NCBI GenBank assembly: GCA_004431415.1
Contig: QPMI01000251.1
Coordinates: 1-64,000 of the forward strand
Direction: 5' to 3'
DNA length: 64,000 nt
Source: Cyanophora paradoxa CCMP329
Taxonomy: Eukaryota; Plantae; Glaucophyta
Below, piece after piece: positions 47,601 to 62,600 of the stretch (its first letter is position 1; each line of letters opens with the position of its first letter). Below the pieces are notes generated by a model, which was not told where the DNA came from, searched no databases, and saw nothing but the letters and a program-made list of their open reading frames with translations. The translations under genes were made by a program, and so were the position numbers.

Positions 47601-50600
47601 AGATGCGAAGGAGATACCGCTCGCGAAGACGCCCCTGAAACCGGGCAGCATCCTCACCGCCAAAGACCTCGGCGATTTCTACCTGCACTCCTGCCAATCT
47701 TCGTCGGGGCCGGTGTGGATCCACTGGGACCTTAACGGCCATCCGTCCGACGTCAAGGAGAAGCCGAAGCTCGCGTCCACGACGGTCGAGCTGTGGACGC
47801 AGGGCGCTGAGCGGAAGTGTGTCGGGGCGTGGAAGGTGCCGGCGAGAGAAGGCAACCTCGTGTTCGACAGGCTCATATTGCACTGGGGCACGATGAAGCC
47901 GTCCACCTCGTGCGTCGCGCATTGCACACCGGGCCGCGCCGTGATGCCTTCACGTCTGAACTGCGCCGGCGTTGACCGCGAGAACGCTCGTGCAGGTACG
48001 ACGTGCGGGTGTGGGGCATGCCGGAGGGCGACAAGGTGCCGGTGGTGGCGGATGGTTTGAAGGTGACGACTCGCGCCCTGAATGCAGGTGAGCCGCGGGC
48101 TTCCCGCTTTTGCGTCTGCGCCGGCCTTGCTGGCACGATAGTACGGTGATCTTCGATTGCGTGCACGCGGATGTTGAGCGTGCAATAGAGTGTGCAACGA
48201 GAAGCCCGCGTTCGCGAGCTGACTGGCTCTGGGCGCGCCCGCAGGCGAAAAGCCGGCGTTGTTCGAGGCGCAGCCGGCGCAGCACTTCTACTACCGCCTG
48301 TCGACGCACTCGTCGCCGGTAACGGTGCAGCTGGCCGAGCTCGCGGGCGGCGGGTCGGTCGTCGATCTGTGGAACGCAATCAAGCGCCTGACGTACTACT
48401 CGCTGCCGGCCGCCGACAAGCCGCGGCTCGCGCTCGCGAGCGGCGAGGTCCTGAAGGTGCGCCGAGGCGCTGCGTTCCGCGTCCGCGCCTGCCCAGTGTC
48501 GTGTGGCGCAGATGCACGAGAGGGACGGTGCGGCGGTGCCGCTGCAGTCGACCCCGGCTCAGGCGGGGGCGGTGCTGGAGGCGGGCGCGACGTGCTACAT
48601 GAGCGTGTCGGCGAGCTACAGCACGCGGGGCAAGGCGGCGGAGGGCCGGGACGTGTACGTGTCGTGGGCGCTGAACGAGAAGTGGAAAGAGAAGGAGCCG
48701 CCTGTCTTCAACGAGATCTACGTGGAGCTGTGGGACGAGAGGACGCCCGAGCAGCGGGCGGAGTGGACGCTGCCGGCGAAGCACGGCGGGGTGGAGTTCA
48801 ACGCGCTGCAGATGTTCGGGCTGGTGCTGCGATCGCGTGTGACGTGAGCCCTGGCGATGTTGTGGCGCGGGCAGCTCGAGGGGGTCGCTGACGTGGGTGC
48901 AGGTACTGCTTGCGGGTGTGGGGACGGTACGAGAGTGGGGCGCTGCCTGGGGAGACGAAGATCAACATTGGATCCCTGTCCTCCGGTGCGCTGCGCAGCC
49001 ACGGGAGGGACGTCAGTGGCGTTGCTGACGGGAGGGACTGCCGCCCCGCGCGCAGGCGACGTGGAGCCGGCGGACGAGGCGATCCTCGCGAAGCCGGCGA
49101 CGGCGTTCTTCGTGGCGCACGGGACGACGACGATGAAGTGGATCCAGCTCGCCAGCGGCGCCTCGACTCTCGGTCTCAAACAGGCGGTCGAGCGGGCGAT
49201 GGGCCTCTCCGCGAACCGCAGGCGGCTGCGCATCGCGATGCCGGATGGCGAAGTTGTGCAGGCGTGCATCAGCTGCTCGCCGCCGTGCTTGGCGTTCAGT
49301 CACTCACGCCGTCCGCGCGCAGCCGTACACGAAGGACGCGACGGAGATCCCGCTCGCCAAGACGCCCGCAAAGTCGGGCAGCATTCTCGTCGCGCGGGAC
49401 CTCGGCGAGTACTACCTCAGCGTCGGGACCAGCTACGAGGGCCCCGTGTATGTCTATTGGTCGCTCATCGGGCAGCCGTCCGACGCGAAGGCGAAGCCGA
49501 AGCTCGCGCACGTGATGGTCGAGCTGTGGACGCAGGGCGCAGAGAGCAAGCGTGTGGGGCTGTGGAAGGTGCCCGCGTCCGAGGGAAGCGTCGTGTTCAA
49601 CCAGGTCGTGCTGCACTGGGGCACGATGAAGCCTTCTACGCAGTGCGCGCGGCAGTGCTGCGCGCTCGCGATTTCCATGCTGCATCTTCACCAGGGGATG
49701 CCTGATCACTCTACGTGCCCGCGCAGGTACGGCGTGCGGGTGTGGACGATTCCGGAGCTGGAGGGCGAAACAGTGCCGCTGGTGTCGGACATCGTGGGCA
49801 AGAAGACGCGCGCCCTAAACTCGGGTGAGTGCCGTGCAGCGGGCTATAGAAGCGCGTGCTCCATTCGTGAACTGCACGGTTCTCACGATGCGCTCTCGCC
49901 TCGCTCGTCCCCGCAGGAGAGACGCCCGCGCTTTTCAACTCGCAGCCCGACCTGCACCTCTTCTACCGGCGGACGGGTGACAGCTCGCCGGTGACGCTGC
50001 AGCTGGCCGAGATGGCAGAGGGCGCGACGGGTGTCGACCTCACTACCATGATCAAGCGCGTCTCCGTGTACTCGGTTCCAGAGGCTGCAAAGCAGCAGCT
50101 GTCTCTCGCAAGCGGCGACGCGATCAAGGTTCGTCGTATTCTACTCTCGATGCCGGATCGCCGATCGGTTTACTCGACGTGCAGATGTACGCGGCGGACG
50201 GCACGCCTGTGCAGCTCACGGCGTCGGGTGTCACTCGGGGTGTGGTAGTGGCCATCGGCGGGAGTTTCTACATGAGCGCGTCAGCCGGTTTCAGCTCGCG
50301 AAGCAAAGCGGTGGAGGGGCGAGACGTGACGGTCTCATGGGCCCTCTTGGGGGAGGCGAAAGGATCAGGGCCGCCCGTCTTCCACGAGATGTACGTGGAG
50401 CTGTGGGAGGAGAAGACACCGGAGACGCGAGCCGAGTGGACGCTGCCTGCGAAGCACGGCGAGGTGCAGTTCAGCGCGCTGCAGATGTTCGGGCTGGTGC
50501 TGCGGTCAAGCACGACGTGAGCCGGGTCGATTGACGAAGCGCTGGAAGGCGATGGCTGATGCCGCTGCGCGGCACGCAGGTACTGCGTGCGAGTGTGGGG

Positions 50601-53600
50601 CCGGTACGAGCAGGGCTCGCTCACGGCGGAGACGAAGCTCTCCATCGGATCCCTGTCGTCGGGTTCGTCCCTTGCCGTGCTGCTTTCGCATTCCGAGCGT
50701 ATTGCCCGAAAGGCTGATCTCGTTGCGCAGGCGACGTGGAGCCGGCGGACGAGGCGATCCTCGCGAAGCCGGCGACGGCGTTCTTCGTGGCGCACGGGAC
50801 GACGACGATGAAGTGGATCCAGCTCGCCAGCGGCGCCTCGACTCTCGGTCTCAAACAGGCGGTCGAGCGGGCGATGGGCCTCTCCGCGAACCGCAGGCGG
50901 CTGCGCATCGCGATGCCGGATGGCGAAGTTGTGCAGGCGTGCACCAGCTGCTCGCCGCCGTGCTTGGCGTTCAGTCACTCACGCCGTCCGCGCGCAGCCG
51001 TACTCGGCAGATGCGAAGGAGATACCGCTCGCGAAGACGCCCCTGAAACCGGGCAGCATCCTCACCGTCAAAGACCTCGGCGATTTCTATCTGCACTCCT
51101 GCCAATCTTCGTCGGGGCCGGTGTGGATCCACTGGGACCTTAACGGCCATCCGTCCGACGTCAAGGAGAAGCCGAAGCTCGCGTCCACGACGGTCGAGCT
51201 GTGGACGCAGGGCGCTGAGCGGAAGTGTGTCGGGGCGTGGAAGGTGCCGGCGAGAGAAGGCAACCTCGTGTTCGACAGGCTCATATTGCACTGGGGCACG
51301 ATGAAGCCGTCCACCTCGTACGTCGCGCGTTGCACGCCGGGCCGCGCCGTGATGCCTTCACGTCTGAACTGCGCCGGCGTTGACCGCGAGAACGCTCGTG
51401 CAGGTACGACGTGCGGGTGTGGGGCATGCCGGAGGGCGACAAGGTGCCGGTGGTGGCGGATGGTTTGAAGGTGACGACTCGCGCCCTGAATGCAGGTGAG
51501 CCGCGGGCTTCCCGCTTTTGCGTCTGCGCCGGCCTTGCTGGCACGATAGTACGGTGATCTTCGATTGCGAGCACGCGGATGTTGAGCGTGCAATAGAGTG
51601 TGCAACGAGAAGCCCGCGTTCGCGAGCTGACTGGCTCTGGGCGCGCCCGCAGGCGAAAAGCCGGCGTTGTTCGAGGCGCAGCCGGCGCAGCACTTCTACT
51701 ACCGCCTGTCGACGCACTCGTCGCCGGTAACGGTGCAGCTGGCCGAGCTCGCGGGCGGCGGGTCGGTCGTCGATCTGTGGAACGCAATCAAGCGCCTGAC
51801 GTACTACTCGCTGCCGGCCGCCGACAAGCCGCGGCTCGCGCTCGCGAGCGGCGAGGTCCTGAAGGTGCGCCGAGGCGCTGCGTTCCGCGTCCGCGCCTGC
51901 CCAGTGTCGTGTGGCACAGATGCACGAGAGGACGGTGCGGCGGTGCCGCTGCAGTCGACCCCGGCTCAGGCGGGGCGGTGCTGGAGGCGGGCGCGACGTG
52001 CTACATGAGCGTGTCGGCGAGCTACAGCACGCGGGCAAGGCGGCGGAGGGCCGGGACGTGTACGTGTCGTGGGCGCTGAACGAGAAGTGGAAAGAGAAGG
52101 AGCCGCCTGTCTTCAACGAGATCTACGTGGAGCTGTGGGACGAGAGGACGCCCGAGCAGCGGGCGGAGTGGACGCTGCCGGCGAAGCACGGCGGGGTGGA
52201 GTTCAACGCGCTGCAGATGTTCGGGCTGGTGCTGCGATCGCGTGTGACGTGAGCCCTGGCGATGTTGTGGCGCGGGCAGCTCGAGGGGGTCGCTGACGTG
52301 GGTGCAGGTACTGCTTGCGGGTGTGGGACGGTACGAGAGTGGGCGCTGCCTGGGGAGACGAAGATCAACATTGGATCCCTGTCCTCCGGTGCGCTGCGCA
52401 GCCACGGGAGGGACGTCAGTGGCGTTGCTGACGGGAGGGACTGCCGCCCCGCGCGCAGGCGACGTGGAGCCGGCGGACGAGGCGATCCTCGCGAAGCCGG
52501 CGACGGCGTTCTTCGTGGCGCACGGGACGACGACGATGAAGTGGATCCAGCTCGCCAGCGGCGCCTCGACTCTCGGTCTCAAACAGGCGGTCGAGCGGGC
52601 GATGGGCCTCTCCGCGAACCGCAGGCGGCTGCGCATCGCGATGCCGGATGGCGAAGTTGTGCAGGCGTGCATCAGCTGCTCGCCGCCGTGCTTGGCGTTC
52701 AGTCACTCACGCCGTCCGCGCGCAGCCGTACACGAAGGACGCGACGGAGATCCCGCTCGCCAAGACGCCCGCAAAGTCGGGCAGCATTCTCGTCGCGCGG
52801 GACCTCGGCGAGTACTACCTCAGCGTCGGACCAGCTACGAGGGCCCGTGTATGTCTATTGGTCGCTCATCGGGCAGCCGTCCGACGCGAAGGCGAAGCCG
52901 AAGCTCGCGCACGTGATGGTCGAGCTGTGGACGCAGGGCGCAGAGAGCAAGCGTGTGGGGCTGTGGAAGGTGCCCGCGTCCGAGGGAAGCGTCGTGTTCA
53001 ACCAGGTCGTGCTGCACTGGGGCACGATGAAGCCTTCTACGCAGTGCGCGCGGCAGTGCTGCGCGCTCGCGATTTCCATGCTGCATCTTCACCAGGGGAT
53101 GCCTGATCACTCTACGTGCCCGCGCAGGTACGGCGTGCGGGTGTGGACGATTCCGGAGCTGGAGGGCGAAACAGTGCCGCTGGTGTCGGACATCGTGGGC
53201 AAGAAGACGCGCGCCCTAAACTCGGGTGAGTGCCGTGCAGCGGGCTATAGAAGCGCGTGCTCCATTCGTGAACTGCACGGTTCTCACGATGCGCTCTCGC
53301 CTCGCTCGTCCCCGCAGGAGAGACGCCCGCGCTTTTCAACTCGCAGCCCGACCTGCACCTCTTCTACCGGCGGACGGGTGACAGCTCGCCGGTGACGCTG
53401 CAGCTGGCCGAGATGGCAGAGGGCGCGACGGGTGTCGACCTCACTACCATGATCAAGCGCGTCTCCGTGTACTCGGTTCCAGAGGCTGCAAAGCAGCAGC
53501 TGTCTCTCGCAAGCGGCGACGCGATCAAGGTTCGTCGTATTCTACTCTCGATGCCGGATCGCCGATCGGTTTACTCGACGTGCAGATGTACGCGGCGGAC

Positions 53601-56600
53601 GGCACGCCTGTGCAGCTCACGGCGTCGGGTGTCACTCGGGTGTGGTAGTGGCCATCGGCGGGAGTTTCTACATGAGCGCGTCAGCCGGTTTCAGCTCGCG
53701 AAGCAAAGCGGTGGAGGGCGAGACGTGACGGTCTCATGGGCCCTCTTGGGGGAGGCGAAAGGATCAGGGCCGCCCGTCTTCCACGAGATGTACGTGGAGC
53801 TGTGGGAGGAGAAGACACCGGAGACGCGAGCCGAGTGGACGCTGCCTGCGAAGCACGGCGAGGTGCAGTTCAGCGCGCTGCAGATGTTCGGGCTGGTGCT
53901 GCGGTCAAGCACGACGTGAGCCGGGTCGATTGACGAAGCGCTGGAAGGCGATGGCTGATGCCGCTGCGCGGCACGCAGGTACTGCGTGCGAGTGTGGGGC
54001 CGGTACGAGCAGGGCTCGCTCACGGCGGAGACGAAGCTCTCCATCGGATCCCTGTCGTCGGGTTCGTCCCTTGCCGTGCTGCTTTCGCATTCCGAGCGTA
54101 TTGCCCGAAAGGCTGATCTCGTTGCGCAGGCGACGTGGAGCCGGCGGACGAGGCGATCCTCGCGAAGCCGGCGATGGCCTTCTTCGTGGCGCACGGGACG
54201 ACGACGATGAAGTGGATCCAGCTCGCCAGCGGCGCCTCGACTCTCGGTCTCAAACAGGCGGTCGAGCGGGCGATGGGCCTCTCCGCGAACCGCAGGCGGC
54301 TGCGCATCGCGATGCCGGATGGCGAAGTTGTGCAGGCGTGCACCAGCTGCTCGCCGCCGTGCTTGGCGTTCAGTCACTCACGCCGTCCGCGCGCAGCCGT
54401 ACTCGGCAGATGCGAAGGAGATACCGCTCGCGAAGACGCCCCTGAAACCGGGCAGCATCCTCACCGTCAAAGACCTCGGCGATTTCTATCTGCACTCCTG
54501 CCAATCTTCGTCGGGGCCGGTGTGGATCCACTGGGACCTTAACGGCCATCCGTCCGACGTCAAGGAGAAGCCGAAGCTCGCGTCCACGACGGTCGAGCTG
54601 TGGACGCAGGGCGCTGAGCGGAAGTGTGTCGGGGCGTGGAAGGTGCCGGCGAGAGAAGGCAACCTCGTGTTCGACAGGCTCATATTGCACTGGGGCACGA
54701 TGAAGCCGTCCACCTCGTACGTCGCGCGTTGCACGCCGGCCGCGCCGTGATGCCTTCACGTCTGAACTGCGCCGGCGTTGACCGCGAGAACGCTCGTGCA
54801 GGTACGACGTGCGGGTGTGGGGCATGCCGGAGGGCGACAAGGTGCCGGTGGTGGCGGATGGTTTGAAGGTGACGACTCGCGCCCTGAATGCAGGTGAGCC
54901 GCGGGCTTCCCGCTTTTGCGTCTGCGCCGGCCTTGCTGGCACGATAGTACGGTGATCTTCGATTGCGAGCACGCGGATGTTGAGCGTGCAATAGAGTGTG
55001 CAACGAGAAGCCCGCGTTCGCGAGCTGACTGGCTCTGGGCGCGCCCGCAGGCGAAAAGCCGGCGTTGTTCGAGGCGCAGCCGGCGCAGCACTTCTACTAC
55101 CGCCTGTCGACGCACTCGTCGCCGGTAACGGTGCAGCTGGCCGAGCTCGCGGGCGGCGGGTCGGTCGTCGATCTGTGGAACGCAATCAAGCGCCTGACGT
55201 ACTACTCGCTGCCGGCCGCCGACAAGCCGCGGCTCGCGCTCGCGAGCGGCGAGGTCCTGAAGGTGCGCCGAGGCGCTGCGTTCCGCGTCCGCGCCTGCCC
55301 AGTGTCGTGTGGCACAGATGCACGAGAGGGACGGTGCGGCGGTGCCGCTGCAGTCGACCCCGGCTCAGGCGGGGGCGGTGCTGGAGGCGGGCGCGACGTG
55401 CTACATGAGCGTGTCGGCGAGCTACAGCACGCGGGGCAAGGCGGCGGAGGGCCGGGACGTGTACGTGTCGTGGGCGCTGAACGAGAAGTGGAAAGAGAAG
55501 GAGCCGCCTGTCTTCAACGAGATCTACGTGGAGCTGTGGGACGAGAGGACGCCCGAGCAGCGGGCGGAGTGGACGCTGCCGGCGAAGCACGGCGGGGTGG
55601 AGTTCAACGCGCTGCAGATGTTCGGGCTGGTGCTGCGATCGCGTGTGACGTGAGCCCTGGCGATGTTGTGGCGCGGGCAGCTCGAGGGGGTCGCTGACGT
55701 GGGTGCAGGTACTGCTTGCGGGTGTGGGGACGGTACGAGAGTGGGGCGCTGCCTGGGGAGACGAAGATCAACATTGGATCCCTGTCCTCCGGTGCGCTGC
55801 GCAGCCACGGGAGGGACGTCAGTGGCGTTGCTGACGGCAGGGACGGCCGCCCCGCGCGCAGGCGACGTGGAGCCGGCGGACGAGGCGATCCTCGCGAAGC
55901 CGGCGACGGCGTTCTTCGTGGCGCACGGGACGACGACGATGAAGTGGATCCAGCTCGCCAGCGGCGCCTCGACTCTCGGTCTCAAACAGGCGGTCGAGCG
56001 GGCGATGGGCCTCTCCGCGAACCGCAGGCGGCTGCGCATCGCGATGCCGGATGGCGAAGTTGTGCAGGCGTGCACCAGCTGCTCGCCGCCGTGCTTGGCG
56101 TTCAGTCACTCACGCCGTCCGCGCGCAGCCGTACACGAAGGACGCGACGGAGATCCCGCTCGCCAAGACGCCCGCAAAGTCGGGCAGCATTCTCGTCGCG
56201 CGGGACCTCGGCGAGTACTACCTCAGCGTCGGGACCAGCTACGAGGGCCCCGTGTATGTCTATTGGTCGCTCAACGGGCAGCCGTCCGACGCGAAGGCGA
56301 AGCCGAAGCTCGCGCACGTGATGGTCGAGCTGTGGACGCAGGGCGCAGAGAGCAAGCGTGTGGGGCTGTGGAAGGTGCCCGCGTCCGAGGGAAGCGTCGT
56401 TTTCAACCAGGTCGTGCTGCACTGGGGCACGATGAAGCCTTCTACGCAGTGCGCGCGGCAGTGCTGCGCGCTCGCGATTTCCATGCTGCATCTTCACCAG
56501 GGGATGCCTGATCACTCTACGTGCCCGCGCAGGTACGGCGTGCGGGTGTGGACGATTCCGGAGCTGGAGGGCGAAACAGTGCCGCTGGTGTCGGACATCG

Positions 56601-59600
56601 TGGGCAAGAAGACGCGCGCCCTAAACTCGGGTGAGTGCCGTGCAGCGGGCTATAGAAGCGCGTGCTCCATTCGTGAACTGCACGGTTCTCACGATGCGCT
56701 CTCGCCTCGCTCGTCCCCGCAGGAGAGACGCCCGCGCTTTTCAACTCGCAGCCCGACCTGCACCTCTTCTACCGGCGGACGGGTGACAGCTCGCCGGTGA
56801 CGCTGCAGCTGGCCGAGATGGCAGAGGGCGCGACGGGTGTCGACCTCACTACCATGATCAAGCGCGTCTCCGTGTACTCGGTTCCAGAGGCTGCAAAGCA
56901 GCAGCTGTCTCTCGCAAGCGGCGACGCGATCAAGGTTCGTCGTATTCTACTCTCGATGCCGGATCGCCGATCGGTTTACTCGACGTGCAGATGTACGCGG
57001 CGGACGGCACGCCTGTGCAGCTCACGGCGTCGGGTGTCACTCGGGGTGTGGTAGTGGCCATCGGCGGGAGTTTCTACATGAGCGCGTCAGCCGGTTTCAG
57101 CTCGCGAAGCAAAGCGGTGGAGGGGCGAGACGTGACGGTCTCATGGGCCCTCTTGGGGGAGGCGAAAGGATCAGGGCCGCCCGTCTTCCACGAGATGTAC
57201 GTGGAGCTGTGGGAGGAGAAGACACCGGAGACGCGAGCCGAGTGGACGCTGCCTGCGAAGCACGGCGAGGTGCAGTTCAGCGCGCTGCAGATGTTCGGGC
57301 TGGTGCTGCGGTCAAGCACGACGTGAGCCGGGTCGATTGACGAAGCGCTGGAAGGCGATGGCTGATGCCGCTGCGCGGCACGCAGGTACTGCGTGCGAGT
57401 GTGGGGCCGGTACGAGCAGGGCTCGCTCACGGCGGAGACGAAGCTCTCCATCGGGTCCCTGTCGTCGGGTTCGTCCCTTGCCGTGCTGCTTTCGCATTCC
57501 GAGCGTATTGCCCGAAAGGCTGATCTCGTTGCGCAGGCGACGTGGAGCCGGCGGACGAGGCGATCCTCGCGAAGCCGGCGATGGCCTTCTTCGTGGCGCA
57601 CGGGACGACGACGATGAAGTGGATCCAGCTCGCCAGCGGCGCCTCGACTCTCGGTCTCAAACAGGCGGTCGAGCGGGCGATGGGCCTCTCCGCGAACCGC
57701 AGGCGGCTGCGCATCGCGATGCCGGATGGCGAAGTTGTGCAGGCGTGCACCAGCTGCTCGCCGCCGTGCTTGGCGTTCAGTCACTCACGCCGTCCGCGCG
57801 CAGCCGTACTCGGCAGATGCGAAGGAGATACCGCTCGCGAAGACGCCCCTGAAACCGGGCAGCATCCTCACCGTCAAAGACCTCGGCGATTTCTATCTGC
57901 ACTCCTGCCAATCTTCGTCGGGCCGGTGTGGATCCACTGGGACCTTAACGGCCATCCGTCCGACGTCAAGGAGAAGCCGAAGCTCGCGTCCACGACGGTC
58001 GAGCTGTGGACGCAGGGCGCTGAGCGGAAGTGTGTCGGGGCGTGGAAGGTGCCGGCGAGAGAAGGCAACCTCGTGTTCGACAGGCTCATATTGCACTGGG
58101 GCACGATGAAGCCGTCCACCTCGTACGTCGCGCGTTGCACGCCGGGCCGCGCCGTGATGCCTTCACGTCTGAACTGCGCCGGCGTTGACCGCGAGAACGC
58201 TCGTGCAGGTACGACGTGCGGGTGTGGGGCATGCCGGAGGGCGACAAGGTGCCGGTGGTGGCGGATGGTTTGAAGGTGACGACTCGCGCCCTGAATGCAG
58301 GTGAGCCGCGGGCTTCCCGCTTTTGCGTCTGCGCCGGCCTTGCTGGCACGATAGTACGGTGATCTTCGATTGCGAGCACGCGGATGTTGAGCGTGCAATA
58401 GAGTGTGCAACGAGAAGCCCGCGTTCGCGAGCTGACTGGCTCTGGGCGCGCCCGCAGGCGAAAAGCCGGCGTTGTTCGAGGCGCAGCCGGCGCAGCACTT
58501 CTACTACCGCCTGTCGACGCACTCGTCGCCGGTAACGGTGCAGCTGGCCGAGCTCGCGGGCGGCGGGTCGGTCGTCGATCTGTGGAACGCAATCAAGCGC
58601 CTGACGTACTACTCGCTGCCGGCCGCCGACAAGCCGCGGCTCGCGCTCGCGAGCGGCGAGGTCCTGAAGGTGCGCCGAGGCGCTGCGTTCCGCGTCCGCG
58701 CCTGCCCAGTGTCGTGTGGCACAGATGCACGAGAGGGACGGTGCGGCGGTGCCGCTGCAGTCGACCCCGGCTCAGGCGGGGGCGGTGCTGGAGGCGGGCG
58801 CGACGTGCTACATGAGCGTGTCGGCGAGCTACAGCACGCGGGGCAAGGCGGCGGAGGGCCGGGACGTGTACGTGTCGTGGGCGCTGAACGAGAAGTGGAA
58901 AGAGAAGGAGCCGCCTGTCTTCAACGAGATCTACGTGGAGCTGTGGGACGAGAGGACGCCCGAGCAGCGGGCGGAGTGGACGCTGCCGGCGAAGCACGGC
59001 GGGGTGGAGTTCAACGCGCTGCAGATGTTCGGGCTGGTGCTGCGATCGCGTGTGACGTGAGCCCTGGCGATGTTGTGGCGCGGGCAGCTCGAGGGGGTCG
59101 CTGACGTGGGTGCAGGTACTGCTTGCGGGTGTGGGGACGGTACGAGAGTGGGGCGCTGCCTGGGGAGACGAAGATCAACATTGGATCCCTGTCCTCCGGT
59201 GCGCTGCGCAGCCACGGGAGGGACGTCAGTGGCGTTGCTGACGGGAGGGACGGCCGCCCCGCGCGCAGGCGACGTGGAGCCGGCGGACGAGGCGATCCTC
59301 GCGAAGCCGGCGACGGCGTTCTTCGTGGCGCACGGGACGACGACGATGAAGTGGATCCAGCTCGCCAGCGGCGCCTCGACTCTCGGTCTCAAACAGGCGG
59401 TCGAGCGGGCGATGGGCCTCTCCGCGAACCGCAGGCGGCTGCGCATCGCGATGCCGGATGGCGAAGTTGTGCAGGCGTGCACCAGCTGCTCGCCGCCGTG
59501 CTTGGCGTTCAGTCACTCACGCCGTCCGCGCGCAGCCGTACACGAAGGACGCGACGGAGATCCCGCTCGCCAAGACGCCCGCAAAGTCGGGCAGCATTCT

Positions 59601-62600
59601 CGTCGCGCGGGACCTCGGCGAGTACTACCTCAGCGTCGGGACCAGCTACGAGGGCCCCGTGTATGTCTATTGGTCGCTCAACGGGCAGCCGTCCGACGCG
59701 AAGGCGAAGCCGAAGCTCGCGCACGTGATGGTCGAGCTGTGGACGCAGGGCGCAGAGAGCAAGCGTGTGGGGCTGTGGAAGGTGCCCGCGTCCGAGGGAA
59801 GCGTCGTGTTCAACCAGGTCGTGCTGCACTGGGGCACGATGAAGCCTTCTACGCAGTGCGCGCGGCAGTGCTGCGCGCTCGCGATTTCCATGCTGCATCT
59901 TCACCAGGGGATGCCTGATCACTCTACGTGCCCGCGCAGGTACGGCGTGCGGGTGTGGACGATTCCGGAGCTGGAGGGCGAAACAGTGCCGCTGGTGTCG
60001 GACATCGTGGGCAAGAAGACGCGCGCCCTAAACTCGGGTGAGTGCCGTGCAGCGGGCTATAGAAGCGCGTGCTCCATTCGTGAACTGCACGGTTCTCACG
60101 ATGCGCTCTCGCCTCGCTCGTCCCCGCAGGAGAGACGCCCGCGCTTTTCAACTCGCAGCCCGACCTGCACCTCTTCTACCGGCGGACGGGTGACAGCTCG
60201 CCGGTGACGCTGCAGCTGGCCGAGATGGCAGAGGGCGCGACGGGTGTCGACCTCACTACCATGATCAAGCGCGTCTCCGTGTACTCGGTTCCAGAGGCTG
60301 CAAAGCAGCAGCTGTCTCTCGCAAGCGGCGACGCGATCAAGGTTCGTCGTATTCTACTCTCGATGCCGGATCGCCGATCGGTTTACTCGACGTGCAGATG
60401 TACGCGGCGGACGGCACGCCTGTGCAGCTCACGGCGTCGGGTGTCACTCGGGGTGTGGTAGTGGCCATCGGCGGGAGTTTCTACATGAGCGCGTCAGCCG
60501 GTTTCAGCTCGCGAAGCAAAGCGGTGGAGGGGCGAGACGTGACGGTCTCATGGGCCCTCTTGGGGGAGGCGAAAGGATCAGGGCCGCCCGTCTTCCACGA
60601 GATGTACGTGGAGCTGTGGGAGGAGAAGACACCGGAGACGCGAGCCGAGTGGACGCTGCCTGCGAAGCACGGCGAGGTGCAGTTCAGCGCGCTGCAGATG
60701 TTCGGGCTGGTGCTGCGGTCAAGCACGACGTGAGCCGGGTCGATTGACGAAGCGCTGGAAGGCGATGGCTGATGCCGCTGCGCGGCACGCAGGTACTGCT
60801 TGCGAGTGTGGGGCCGGTACGAGCAGGGCTCGCTCACGGCGGAGACGAAGCTCTCCATCGGGTCCCTGTCGTCGGGTTCGTCCCTTGCCGTGCTGCTTTC
60901 GCATTCCGAGCGTATTGCCCGAAAGGCTGATCTCGTTGCGCAGGCGACGTGGAGCCGGCGGACGAGGCGATCCTCGCGAAGCCGGCGACGGCGTTCTTCG
61001 TGGCGCACGGGACGACGACGATGAAGTGGATCCAGCTCGCCAGCGGCGCCTCGACTCTCGGTCTCAAACAGGCGGTCGAGCGGGCGATGGGCCTCTCCGC
61101 GAACCGCAGGCGGCTGCGCATCGCGATGCCGGATGGCGAAGTTGTGCAGGCGTGCACCAGCTGCTCGCCGCCGTGCTTGGCGTTCAGTCACTCACGCCGT
61201 CCGCGCGCAGCCGTACACGAAGGACGCGACGGAGATCCCGCTCGCCAAGACGCCCGCAAAGTCGGGCAGCATTCTCGTCGCGCGGGACCTCGGCGAGTAC
61301 TACCTCAGCGTCGGGACCAGCTACGAGGGCCCCGTGTATGTCTATTGGTCGCTCAACGGGCAGCCGTCCGACGCGAAGGCGAAGCCGAAGCTCGCGCACG
61401 TGATGGTCGAGCTGTGGACGCAGGGCGCAGAGAGCAAGCGTGTGGGGCTGTGGAAGGTGCCCGCGTCCGAGGGAAGCGTCGTGTTCAACCAGGTCGTGCT
61501 GCACTGGGGCACGATGAAGCCTTCTACGCAGTGCGCGCGGCAGTGCTGCGCGCTCGCGATTTCCATGCTGCATCTTCACCAGGGATGCCTGATCACTCTA
61601 CGTGCCCGCGCAGGTACGGCGTGCGGGTGTGGACGATTCCGGAGCTGGAGGGCGAAACAGTGCCGCTGGTGTCGGACATCGTGGGCAAGAAGACGCGCGC
61701 CCTAAACTCGGGTGAGTGCCGTGCAGCGGGCTATAGAAGCGCGTGCTCCATTCGTGAACTGCACGGTTCTCACGATGCGCTCTCGCCTCGCTCGTCCCCG
61801 CAGGAGAGACGCCCGCGCTTTTCAACTCGCAGCCGACCTGCACCTCTTCTACCGGCGGACGGGTGACAGCTCGCCGGTGACGCTGCAGCTGGCCGAGATG
61901 GCAGAGGGCGCGACGGGTGTCGACCTCACTACCATGATCAAGCGCGTCTCCGTGTACTCGGTTCCAGAGGCTGCAAAGCAGCAGCTGTCTCTCGCAAGCG
62001 GCGACGCGATCAAGGTTCGTCGTATTCTACTCTCGATGCCGGATCGCCGATCGGTTTACTCGACGTGCAGATGTACGCGGCGGACGGCACGCCTGTGCAG
62101 CTCACGGCGTCGGGTGTCACTCGGGTGTGGTAGTGGCCATCGGCGGGAGTTTCTACATGAGCGCGTCAGCCGGTTTCAGCTCGCGAAGCAAAGCGGTGGA
62201 GGGGCGAGACGTGACGGTCTCATGGGCCCTCTTGGGGGAGGCGAAAGGATCAGGGCCGCCCGTCTTCCACGAGATGTACGTGGAGCTGTGGGAGGAGAAG
62301 ACACCGGAGACGCGAGCCGAGTGGACGCTGCCTGCGAAGCACGGCGAGGTGCAGTTCAGCGCGCTGCAGATGTTCGGGCTGGTGCTGCGGTCAAGCACGA
62401 CGTGAGCCGGGTCGATTGACGAAGCGCTGGAAGGCGATGGCTGATGCCGCTGCGCGGCACGCAGGTACTGCTTGCGAGTGTGGGGCCGGTACGAGCAGGG
62501 CTCGCTCACGGCGGAGACGAAGCTCTCCATCGGGTCCCTGTCGTCGGGTTCGTCCCTTGCCGTGCTGCTTTCGCATTCCGAGCGTATTGCCCGAAAGGCT

